A stretch of DNA of 64,000 nt from Hemiscyllium ocellatum (taxonomy: Eukaryota), in assembly GCF_020745735.1 (NCBI RefSeq), contig NW_026867601.1, positions 62,001-126,000 of the forward strand, given 5' to 3'. The translations under genes were made by a program, and so were the position numbers. Under the pieces are notes generated by a model. That model saw only the letters and a list, made by a program, of their open reading frames with translations, ran no database searches and was not told where the DNA came from. Positions 12,991 through 22,929 of the stretch are shown piece after piece; position 1 is the first letter of the stretch; every line of letters begins with the position of its first letter.

Positions 12991-15233
12991 AAAATCTCCG
13001 ATTTTGTATCATTTGTTCCCATGGTGCGTTGATGATGGATTATTTTAATTAATTCGAAATCTAGTCTTGATGGCATTATCCACTTCAGCAGTTGTTACCG
13101 AATGGATGACTATTCCGTTGATATGTTGTTGCAAAATGTATCTATTTACTTAAAACACACGGATTGGGAACATCTAAAGCACTGCGTGGATTAAATCACT
13201 CAGTTAATGTTACATTATTATTCATGTAAATCTAATTTAAGCAAAGGTACAACAATTAATTATTTAAAGTTAAAATGAAAACCTGATCAATTCAGTGAAA
13301 GCAATCTACTCTGCATCGAAACATTTGGAGCAATGATCTTACTAGCAAGGAAACTTGTGTGTAGGGTACAGCGGAAATGAAAGAAAATTCTTCATTAATG
13401 ATATCACAGTAATGACACTTTTGCTCAATAACAAGAAAAAATAGAACATAATATTTCTGAAATTCTATTTATATTTCTTGAGACTTGCAAACTATTTGAA
13501 GACAGACTTTGCAATCTAAATAGAAAGTTGAGTTCTGTGTTTGGAATTTAAGGATTGGATTAGATTAGTCCTGAATTATTACTTTCAAATAAAAATCGCG
13601 CCCTAAGGTATCTGTTTTCCCTTCATTTCCAAACCCTTTGCGATTTGCCTTTCACTTAATATTAGCTTTATGAAAGTTCAACTCCAATGCTGATGGCATT
13701 GAATGTGGAAACTGCAGCGGTTCACTGTCACCAACCATGCAAATATTTCAAAAGCAATGTAGAGACTAAAAACAGCTTTACCAATATAACAAACTTAATT
13801 TTACCTAATCACATTCTCTCCTCAACTGAATAACGATTACCAAATCACAACACTGAGGATCAATGATGTGTTTGCAGCAAAACTGTTTTACTGCAAACAT
13901 TTTCAACAGAACCAAGAACATAATGTAACCTCACAAAAAAATCTCAAATTGTAATCCATCAAAGCTGCTCGCCATCACACAAGCGAATGATTAAAAATAG
14001 AAATAAAAAGTCATAACAGCTGCCATGGTTCTGAGATAACTTATTGAACAACACTTAAAGCTTTAAGATTTTCGACAACAACTCAATGTATTATCAACCC
14101 ACATAGTTTTTCTGAACATGTCAATCTTGTGCAGTGCACAGTAGAGCAGCTGAAGGCATCTATTGATTAATCGCCTTCAGGTCAAAATAAAATTAGTTCA
14201 ATGGACAAACATTGCTCCATTATAATTGAATGTTATGATAATTTAGTCTCAATTACGAAATCTGATCCATTTGGCAGTTTAAGATTTTAGACCCAAATTT
14301 TATTTTGAATGAGGCTACTCGAAACAGACTTTAACTCGTTTACAATTAGAACTGAGATGTATTTATTTAAAAAAAATACCCGAAAAAGTCGTCTTTTTTT
14401 TAAATTTCCAACACTTCCGTGTTTCTGCCTTAAGTTGGTCTTCAGACAGTTACAAACGGATATAGTGTTTTCAATCAGTCAGAAAAAAAGTATTGCCACG
14501 AGTTTAACAAATGCAGAAACGATTCAGTAAAAAGAACTTCACAAAAGAGACAATCTCTTTTACTGATAGAAAACACCAATTACTGAAAGTATGAAAACGC
14601 AGTTCAATTCCACAAGTTGAATCAACTCAATTCAACAGAATCAAATAAAGCAAAGTCAGAACCCAATCAACGTTTCAACAGAAGCAAATAAAACACATTC
14701 AGCATCCAATCAAAAGAATGAAATGTGGCACCGCAAGAAAAATTCATGGCAATATCTAACGTTCTTGCACTCAACAAAATTTACAAATTAAATGACAAAA
14801 TGCAATCTTGGTAAGAACATTATGTACACAGGGAATAAATCAATAATGATATTTTAGCATATATTGGTCCTGTCTGGTAATATTTCGTACATCTTTACGT
14901 CCTTAGCATTTGTTGTCGACAATAAAACTCACAGATAATGGGTGTTACTGACATTAAACATTGTTTAGACCACACTGATTAAGGTATGTCATGCAAACCA
15001 GCCACACAGAATGCACATCTGATTAAAACAAAAGATGCACTGAGCATCTGAATCCATCACCACCACTTTCATTACTTTCTGAGACTTAATGTAAGTCTAT
15101 TGTCAGTTTTAACATAAATCAAACGGAAACAAATCAAGGCTCAGCACAGACTCTGAGTTTCAGTTAATTCAGTAATTATTCACATGAGCAGAATGTTAAT
15201 AAAAAAAGACCCTAAGAAAGTTCACGTCCTTAC

Positions 15234-15281
15234 CTGAAGTCACCGTCACCATGGTCCCTTGACCCCAGTAACCAAGATAGT
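15234..15281 (-). CDS. IGHJ: JH gene segment (YLGYWGQGTMVTVTS)
   Basis: WGQG motif; donor TCAG|GTAAGG, phase 1, compatible with Cmu1. Confidence 0.97.
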
Positions 15282-15320
15282 CACAGCGGTCCATACCCTG
15301 GAGTGGGTAACACAATAACA
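15282..15320 (+). other. JH 23-bp-spacer RSS
   Basis: CACAGCG + 23 nt + ACAATAACA. Confidence 0.92.
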
Positions 15321-15655
15321 AATTCTGCATAAAAACAAACGAAATCCTGCTGTTATTTTAAATATTCGGAAACACTGTCAAAACGAAGTCACAATAAATC
15401 GTCATCACGTTATAATTGCACTGTTGGATATTGATCATTCTTCCTAAATAATTATAATGTTTTATACTTCACAGATATGAGGTGATTCTAAACATCACCA
15501 ACTGGTGCATCAGTAATTATCACCAATTTTACAAATTTAATTTACAATTTAAACCGTGATAATTGCACAATACCTCACAGAACTAACACCGAAATTCAAG
15601 TTTAGATAGTCTATACAGGTAAACATTGACTCGTTTCACGCAATGGGGCTGGACG

Positions 15656-15683
15656 GGTTTTTGTATTGGTCATAATTGCAGTG
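15656..15683 (-). other. D2 3' 12-bp-spacer RSS
   Basis: CACTGCA + 12 nt + ACAAAAACC (perfect nonamer, heptamer 4/7). Confidence 0.88.
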
Positions 15684-15697
15684 TCACCCCAGTATGT
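15684..15697 (-). CDS. DH segment D2 (ACATACTGGGGTGA)
   Basis: 14 nt flanked by two 12-spacer RSSs, lying between V and J as for shark D2. Confidence 0.9.
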
Positions 15698-15725
15698 CAC
15701 TATGAGACACATTGTGTCAAATATT
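15698..15725 (+). other. D2 5' 12-bp-spacer RSS
   Basis: CACTATG + 12 nt + TCAAATATT (degenerate nonamer, 5/9). Confidence 0.75.
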
Positions 15726-16034
15726 ACAGCGAGCTGCAAACTGTAAAATGCAGATATTTAATTTCATCAATTCCTGGATAGAAGTGATTCAGACTCCTCT
15801 AAAAATGATTTAGTGGAATATTTCAGCTTTTTCTATTCACTGTATTTTCAAAGCTCGGAATACTTTTGCAAGTTTAGCGTGCATTTAATGTGGTCATCAA
15901 CATGAGGAAAGTAGAATAATTTTATAAATTTGTCCAAACTAGTCAATACTGGATGGGATTCAAATTAGGTCTCACGTTATTTTCTCGGTCCTTCAATGGT
16001 AATAATCGCCAGCTTGAAATAAACCCTTGTCAGT

Positions 16035-16072
16035 GGTTTTTGTGTGAGGATGTCACTGTACACATCACTGTG
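16035..16072 (-). other. 22-bp-spacer RSS 3' of the fused V-D1
   Basis: Perfect CACAGTG (16072-16066) + 22 nt + perfect ACAAAAACC (16043-16035). Confidence 0.95.
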
Positions 16073-16390
16073 ACCCACTGTAGTAGTATCTTGCACAGTA
16101 ATAGATGGCGGTGTCTTCGATCTTCAGGTTTTCCATCTCCAACGCGAAGATGTTGTTTGATGTGTCTTTGGACGCAGTAAATCGATTCTTAATCGCTGGA
16201 GCATAGTTATTGCTGGATGAACTTTTGTATTGAAGCAGCCACTCCAGCCCCTGTCCGGGAACCTGACGGACCCAGCTCATCCAAGTATTGTCAAGATTGA
16301 AGCCGCTGGTTTTACAGGTCAGTTTCAGGGTGGCTCCGGGATGGCCACTTTCTGCTTTTGGTTGAGTTAAAACAATCTCGGACTGGACAC
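16073..16390 (-). CDS. IGHV: VH exon fused to a D1-like sequence (germline VD1)
   Basis: Acceptor TTTTAAAG|GT. Open frame [53 protein letters not shown]...[10 protein letters not shown], followed directly by TACTACTACAGTGGGT (YYYSG) and then the RSS. Confidence 0.95.
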
Positions 16391-16521
16391 CTTTAAAAAT
16401 GAAAACAAAAATAACCCATGAGCATTAATGCTGACGAAACGATGCCTGAGTCTTTTACATTCCTGAGACAGACTAACATTGAGACAGTAACAAAGAGAGA
16501 CATGAACAAAAACACACTCAC

Positions 16522-16570
16522 ATGATAAGAACGTCAGTAGCAAACTGAGAAAAATTGTTGACTTAATCAT
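16522..16570 (-). CDS. IGHV: VH leader exon (MIKSTIFLSLLLTFLS)
   Basis: ATG at 16570, hydrophobic signal peptide, donor TCAT|GTGAGT, 131-nt intron to the V exon. Confidence 0.95.
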
Positions 16571-16656
16571 TCTGATAACTTGTGGAGAACGGTTCTGTCA
16601 AGAGCTCTCTAAACAAACCAGCTCCAGGAGTGTTGAACTAAAGCACAGTGACCCGG

Positions 16657-16663
16657 ATTTATA
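16657..16663 (-). promoter_or_regulatory. TATA box of VH promoter
   Basis: TATAAAT ~87 nt upstream of the leader ATG. Confidence 0.65.
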
Positions 16664-18543
16664 TGGCCAGTAGAAGGGGCAGGCTTACATGTTCTGCCTG
16701 TTGGTTTCCTGCTGGAGACTGAGACTGGATCCTTGTATCACCTTACACAGCCCTAAAAATTGTCGCATGTTTACACGAGGTTATTCTTAAACATGGAAAT
16801 ATACACACCTTGTGAAAATGTTTTGCTGATTAGCCTGCTAGGAAGTGTTTTTTGAATGGGGAAAGTGAAATTTAACAGCTTGAAGTATTTTTCAGATGAA
16901 TTTTCCAGATATTTTGTTTAAAACAACAAAACAAATTCAATTGAAAGTTATCTCCCTGTGTTCCAACATGCATTTAATAGTAAATAAAACTAAAATTAAA
17001 GTTCGAAGATATTATCAGCCAAATAATTAACTGGCAATACTTTTTACTGGACACTCCAAGTGTCCGCCACACTACAAAATAACTTGTAAATCGTACCAGA
17101 TGTTTCTAAATTCACTTTATGCAACTGAATACAGAGCGTGTACAAAGTGATTATGTATAGAATATTCAATTAGAAATTAATTCCGTTTAATTCTACGTTC
17201 AACCACAAGCAGTAAAAGCTAAAAGGAAGTTCAATATCATTGTCAGACAATACAATTACTGACTTTATTTCTGCAAGCACTCCAAGTTTCTCTCAAATTA
17301 CAAAATAAGGTATCATTTCTAATTGGCGTTCCTAAATTCAATTTAGGCAAGCTAATATCGAGCATGTCTAAAATGAATCTGTTTAGAATGTGTGTGTGTG
17401 TCACTAAACTGTTTAGACACGGAGATTAGAAGAACTTCCCCATATTACCGAATCTCTCTCCTTGTATCTTTTTTCAACATGAACCGACCAGAAGATAGAT
17501 ATTTGAAAATGGATAGTAAAGGAAAGCTGTGTGCCCTAGAAATAAAAAGTGAATTGACAATGAAACGTAACACTCAGATAAACCTTTGAAAGAGAATCTA
17601 ATAAAGTGGAGCAGGCCGGTCGAGAAGTTAGAAAATAATTCTCAACATTCAAACCATTGCAGGTAACTATTTGGGTACATCAGGAGTGTCTGGCAAGTTA
17701 CAGAGTATTACATCAATAATTGCCACGGATGTAGATCATAAGCAGCACATTTCTCCGCGCATTGGTAAGTGTGACACGGAACTGTCAACGAGTAGAAATC
17801 AGTGAAAACTATGCATTACACTTCACCGGTGCTCACTGTGTATAAATGCCCCACTCGGTTTTACTGAAATGCATTAATCAGAGAATGGTGCAACAGGTTA
17901 TGCGAGTTCAAGCCAATTCAAGTTTGTCAACTTACTTTGAGAAAATGACAAATGTTAGTACAATGTGGGAGTTTGGTTCCATTAAAGTCATATTCAAGGG
18001 CTTTAAAAGTCCTCAATACAAACGGTTTATTAACTATGCTGATCTTCAGCAGGAACTAATATAAATGTCTGTCATGCAGTCAATTTCCTGTTTCCTGATT
18101 GTCACACAGTGAATGTTATGTTGAGTGACCATCCTTGTTAAAGAAGAAATGCCAAGTGAAATGTGTCTATTTTGGGTAAAGTAGAAAATACAGTTTGTTT
18201 GGTGAGATTTTGTTTTAGTTGATTCATACTGCCTTAAATCTGCCAGATACAGTAGTTGGCAGCAATTAAGCCGACTGCAGAAATGGTTTGCGAGCTTCCA
18301 GTTTCATTTACCGGAAGCATCTGGAGTCTCTGCAGTAGATCAAAGATATTTTGTCTCACTGTTGACCACTTGCCAGAAAGCCAACATCAAACCATAACCA
18401 CTGCCTCGGCATTAATAAATCTACTCAGCAACAATGCTACAGAAAATATTATTTTTTAGCTGTGCAACTTGGAGAACTGGTCCCTTCTCTCATTAAAACA
18501 AATATTCAGAGTCTCAGACACAACATAAAAGTCAAGGTTGAAT

Positions 18544-18815
18544 TTCCGACTCAGTCCCGACTCAGGCGACTGACTGTGTGGAGTTTGCACATTCTCGCCG
18601 TGTCTCCATGGGTTTCCTCCGGGTGCTCCTGTTTCCACCCACTGTCCAGAAATGTGCAGGTCAGGTGAATTGGCCATGCCAAATTGCCCGTAGTGTTAGG
18701 TAGAGGGATAAATGTAGGGGTCCCGGTGGGTTGCGCTTCGGCGCATCGGTGTGGACTTGTTGGTCCAAAGGGCCTGTTTCTACACTGTAAGAAATCTAAG
18801 AAATCTAATCTAATC
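18544..18815 (+). mobile_element. 5'-truncated HE1-like SINE
   Basis: Same core as 58166-58469 (gactcaggcgactgactgtgtggagtttgcac...) with an aatct-repeat tail. Confidence 0.85.
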
Positions 18816-18877
18816 AACATTTCACTGGAGGATCACTATAGCACTCTATGAATTTGTGAAAAACAAATAGATAGCTA

Positions 18878-19310
18878 GTCACGGAGTCATGGAGTGAAAT
18901 AATGGAGAAACATACCCTTCGGTCCAACCAGTCAATGGGCAACCATAATCTCAAACGAAACTAATTCCACCCGTATTGGCTCATATCCTCCCAAACAGCT
19001 CTTATTCATGGACTTAACTAAAAGGCTTTTAAAATTTATAACTGTATTCATAACTAACTCTTCTTCTGGAAGTTAATTCCTCACACGAACCATTCTCTGT
19101 GTAAAAGTTGCCGCTGATATCATTTTAAAACTTTTCTCCTCTCACCTTAAAAAAAATGTTCTCTACTCTTGAAATCCCCCAACACTAGGGAAAAGACATT
19201 TGCCATTTTCCTTACCATTCATGGCCTTTATAAACTTGTACAAGGTCACCTCTCGAACTCTTACGCTCCAGTGAAAGAAGTTCGAGCTATCTGGATATCC
19301 AACAGTGGAT
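18878..19310 (-). mobile_element. CR1 LINE 3' fragment
   Basis: Tail gtcacggagtcatggag...cccttcggtccaacc; reverse-strand remnant LYKFIKAMNG. Confidence 0.7.
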
Positions 19311-20279
19311 CTGTTCCTCACATTCTCCCGCGTGTTTAAATTAGAAAGCCTCCTGCCTCCCCACGTCCACATATAACATTCCTTGATTTTATTTCAAAGA
19401 ATTGAAAGGGACTTGTCCTTCCTGTATTGTTCAATTTTATTTTGCTTCAAACATCATCACAAAAACTGTTGTCCATGTCATTGCTGATTCATGGGAGATC
19501 CCCGCGCGCACAATGTCTACTGAAATACCTACATAACCATCCTGAATGTACTTCGCAAGTACACCTCTTACTCACAAACACAATTAGACACCAGGAACAG
19601 TGAATACCCTCTCTGCACGCCGCCACACCTTTTACTTTGCCATTTGTGAAAACCGTACTGTCAATATTAAGTAAAATAAATATATTTGTTTTAACTTTCT
19701 TAATTCATGTTGCTGATCTTGGCAGAATAAAAGGATGTTGTTGTCAGCATTTCTGGGGAACATGCGGACATTAATTTTCATGTTAAAATAAATTTAATAA
19801 GTAAGTCAAGAACAGTTTAAATGACTCGAAAAACGATGATTAGAAATGGGTCATGAAGATTCTCAGGGCTGTGCCAACTGTTTCAATAGTGATATAAATC
19901 TGCCTACAGTTTTCCCATGAGTCAGCATTTAATAGCATTGGATATCATGTCTGTGTGGTCAATGGATTTGACCTTGCACAATGATCCCGACTGTAATGGC
20001 TCCGCATTGCCTTTTGCACTATTTACATCATATTTTGACGTGAATACAAGTAAGTTCCCCAGCTGCTGGTGGTGATAGTTTACACGATATCAGTTAATGT
20101 TAATGAAGCAAAACATTAGAACAATGACAATTGAAAAAAAAAATACGACATCCATGCAGACACACTCGTGGCCACAAATCTGATCACTTTATTACTGTCA
20201 GAATGGAAGTATTTTCGAATGAGTCTCGGAGGATGCTGCTAAGATTGGAAGAAAGCAGCAATAACGAAATTCGAGTTCG

Positions 20280-20690
20280 CCTGGAATTGTTCATTTAGAG
20301 CAGAGGAGGTTAAGGGATATTTTTCTTAAGAAACACTCAAATTTTATGCATGGATAAAATCGATGGGAAAAACCTCCTTAGTTTGGGGGTGGGAGGGTGG
20401 TGGAGAGTTCGATAACTAAGGTGCTTAGACATAAATGATAAACAGCAAACTCACGGGGACGATTCGGGAAACTCACAGCCTGAAAGGATAGTAGATGCAG
20501 GAACACTCAAATCATTAAAAATGAGCTTGGCTCTATACTTCACGTGCTATAATCTGATGAGTTATGGATAATATACTATGAATTGGGTGCAAGCTGGGAG
20601 GCTCTGTTTTTACATGGCACAGGCCTGATAAGCAAAGTGATCCCTCTCTGTCATTAAACATTTCTATTACTCTAAATCCCCCCCTTCCTA
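20280..20690 (+). mobile_element. decayed CR1 3' fragment
   Basis: ttagagcagaggaggttaaggg (LEQRRLRG) remnant and CR1-like tail. Confidence 0.55.
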
Positions 20691-21366
20691 CTTTGTTTAA
20701 TTCGAAGGCTGTAATTCATCTGATTTATATGGGAAATGTTTCAAACTTTCATTTCAATGATATCCCAAATCAATAAACACCACCTGACACACTGTCTAGT
20801 AATGAGGAAATTAATGGTCTAGTTAATGATCCCAAATGATGCCTGGCTTAACATCCCTTTATTCAAATAATGATTTGGAGATGCCGGTGTTGGACTGGAG
20901 TGTACAAAGTAAAAAAATTACACAACACTAGGTTATAGTTCAACAGGTTTATTTGGAAGCAGTATCCTTTGGAGCGCTGCTCCTTCATCAGGTGGAGTAC
21001 AAGATTGTAAGACACAGAATTTGCAGCAAAAGTTTACAATGTGATATAATTGAAATTAAATAATGAACTAGGTTGTCTTAAGTTTCTCATCTTTTAGAAT
21101 GAGCATGTTGGTTTCAGTTCTTTCATATGTAAATAGCAGAACATTTATAAAGTTACATTCTCAAGTGAACTTTAACAATTCGTGTCATGTTGGCCCAGAT
21201 AATTCATTTAAGTTGTGAGGTGTCCTCTGTGACACTGTCTGTGACACAATGTTCAGACTGATTCTAATCTAGAAAAAGGATTTACAGAATCTAACATAGA
21301 TTCATGCAGGTTTGGAGAAAAATTAAATGTAATTCTGCAAGTACAAATTAACCCCACAAATTTCTT

Positions 21367-21405
21367 TGTGTGTGTGTGTGTGTGTGTTTGGGGGGGGGGG
21401 GGGGG
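21367..21405. repeat. (GT)n microsatellite followed by a G16 run
   Basis: Read directly from the sequence. Confidence 0.9.
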
Positions 21406-21599
21406 AGGTTATGAGCGTTCTTGTGAGTGTGTGCGTATGTGTGTGTGTGAGTATAAACTGGTATAAGTCTGCCACAGGTTACATGTCTGACCATGTGAGT
21501 GTGGGAGTGTATGAGAGACATCTTGTGCATGAGAGGACCCGCATGGGTGTATTTGTAGGATCGCGTGTGTGTATGCAGGAGCGTGTCTAGGAATGTGTG

Positions 21600-22513
21600 T
21601 GGCTCTGTCTATGTTTAAAATCTGATTGAAGATTTGTAGCTCGGGTATCCGTTGTTGTGGTTCTGCTCGCCGAGCTGGAAGTTTTTGCTGCAAACGTTTC
21701 GTTCCCTGGCTAGGGAACATCATCAGTGCGGTGGGAGCCTCGTGTGAAGCGCTGCTTTGATGTTTCTTCCGGTATTTATATTGGTTTGTTCTTGCCGCTT
21801 CCGGGTGTCAGTTTCAGCTGCAGTGATTTGTATGTGGGGTCCAGGTCGATGTGTCTGTTGATGGATGTTCTTGCCGCTTCCGGGTGTCAGTTTCAGCTGT
21901 AGTGGTTTGTATATGGTGTCCAGGTCAATGTGTCTATTGATGGAGTTTGGGGATGAATGCCATGCTTCTAGGAATTCTCTGGCTGTTCTCTGTCTGGCTT
22001 GTCCTATGATAGTGGTGTTTTCCCAGTCAAATTCATGTTGCTGGTTGTCTGAGTGTATGGCTACTAGAGATAGCTGGTCGTGTCGTTTTGTGGCTAGCTG
22101 ATGTTCGTGGATGCGGATTGTTAGCTGTCTTCCTGTTTGTCCTATATAGTGTTTTGTGCAGTCCTTGCATGGTATTTTGTAAACTACGTTAGTTTGGCTC
22201 ATGCTGGGTATTGGGTCCTTTGTTCTAGTGAGTTGTTGTCTGAGCGTGGATGTTGGCTTGTGTGCTGTTATGAGTCCTAAGGGTCGCAGTAGTCTGGCTG
22301 TCAGTTCTGAGACACTCCTGACGTATGGTAGAGTGGCTAGTCCTTTTGGTTGTGGCATGTCCTCGTTCCGTGGTCTATCTCTTAGGCATCTGGTGATAAA
22401 GTTGCGTGGGTATCCGTTTTTGGCGAATACCTTGTATAGATGTTCCTCTTCCTCTTTTCGCAGTTCTGGTGTACTGCAGTGTGTTGTGGCCCTTTTGAAT
22501 AGTGTCCTGAGTA
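21600..22513 (-). mobile_element. Penelope-like element family B (Poseidon-like; RT C-terminus plus GIY-YIG, frame still open)
   Basis: ...NGYPRNFI...LPYVRSVSELTARLLR...NVVYKIPCKDCTKHYIGQTGRQLTIRIHEH...REFLEAW; ~80-bp direct duplication near the 3' end (21789 vs 21868). Confidence 0.92.
21690..21729 (-). ncRNA. minimal type I hammerhead ribozyme motif in the PLE-B 3' end
   Basis: GCA-CUGAUGA-U-GUUCCC(UAGCCA)GGGAAC-GAAAC-GUU-UGC: intact core, 6-bp stem II, 3-bp stem I, palindromic AAACGUUU helix III. Confidence 0.75.
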
Positions 22514-22559
22514 CATGAGTCTGTATGTGTGCGCATGTCTGTATCTGGGTGTATGCCTG

Positions 22560-22596
<37 letters not shown>

Positions 22597-22929
22597 TGCA
22601 GTGAGGTCACCTGTAGTGTCACATGAACCCAAAGTCCCGGTTGAGCCAATCCCCACAGGTACCGAACTTGGCTATCAGCCTCTGCTCAGCCACTTTGCTT
22701 TGGTGCCCATCCCGAAGTTCACCTTGGAGGACGATCACTCGAAGATCCAAGGTCGAATATCCTGGACCACTGAAGGGTTCACCGTCTGGAAGGGAACACT
22801 CCTGACTGTTAATTGTTGTGCGGTGTCCATTCATATGTTGCAGTCGCTTCTGCTCATTCCCGCCAAAGTACCATGCTGCATAGCTTCCTTGCCTACAGTG
22901 TATGAGATAGACAACGTTGGATGAGTCAC

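Larger units (their letters stand above)
20868..22925 (-). mobile_element. Penelope-like element family A (GIY-YIG at 22619-22925, CA-rich 3' region, tail at 20868-21590), interrupted by family B
   Basis: CDSSNVVYLIHCRQG..WYFG..EQ..LQHMNGHR...LIAKFGT GIY-YIG remnant; tail with decayed hammerhead core at ~20962-20991. Confidence 0.8.

Noticed and set aside
5677-13744. Isolated octamers at 5677-5684 and 13737-13744
   Set aside because: Several are expected by chance in AT-rich 64 kb; one is inside a LINE remnant; neither has supporting motif clusters that I noticed.
16644-16650. Perfect CACAGTG heptamer between the TATA box and the leader ATG
   Set aside because: No nonamer-like sequence at 12- or 23-bp spacing.
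21723-22649. 308-aa ORF as a host gene or complete transposase
   Set aside because: The N-terminus is (CA)n-derived THTH; the rest is a 5'-truncated PLE lacking the RT catalytic core.
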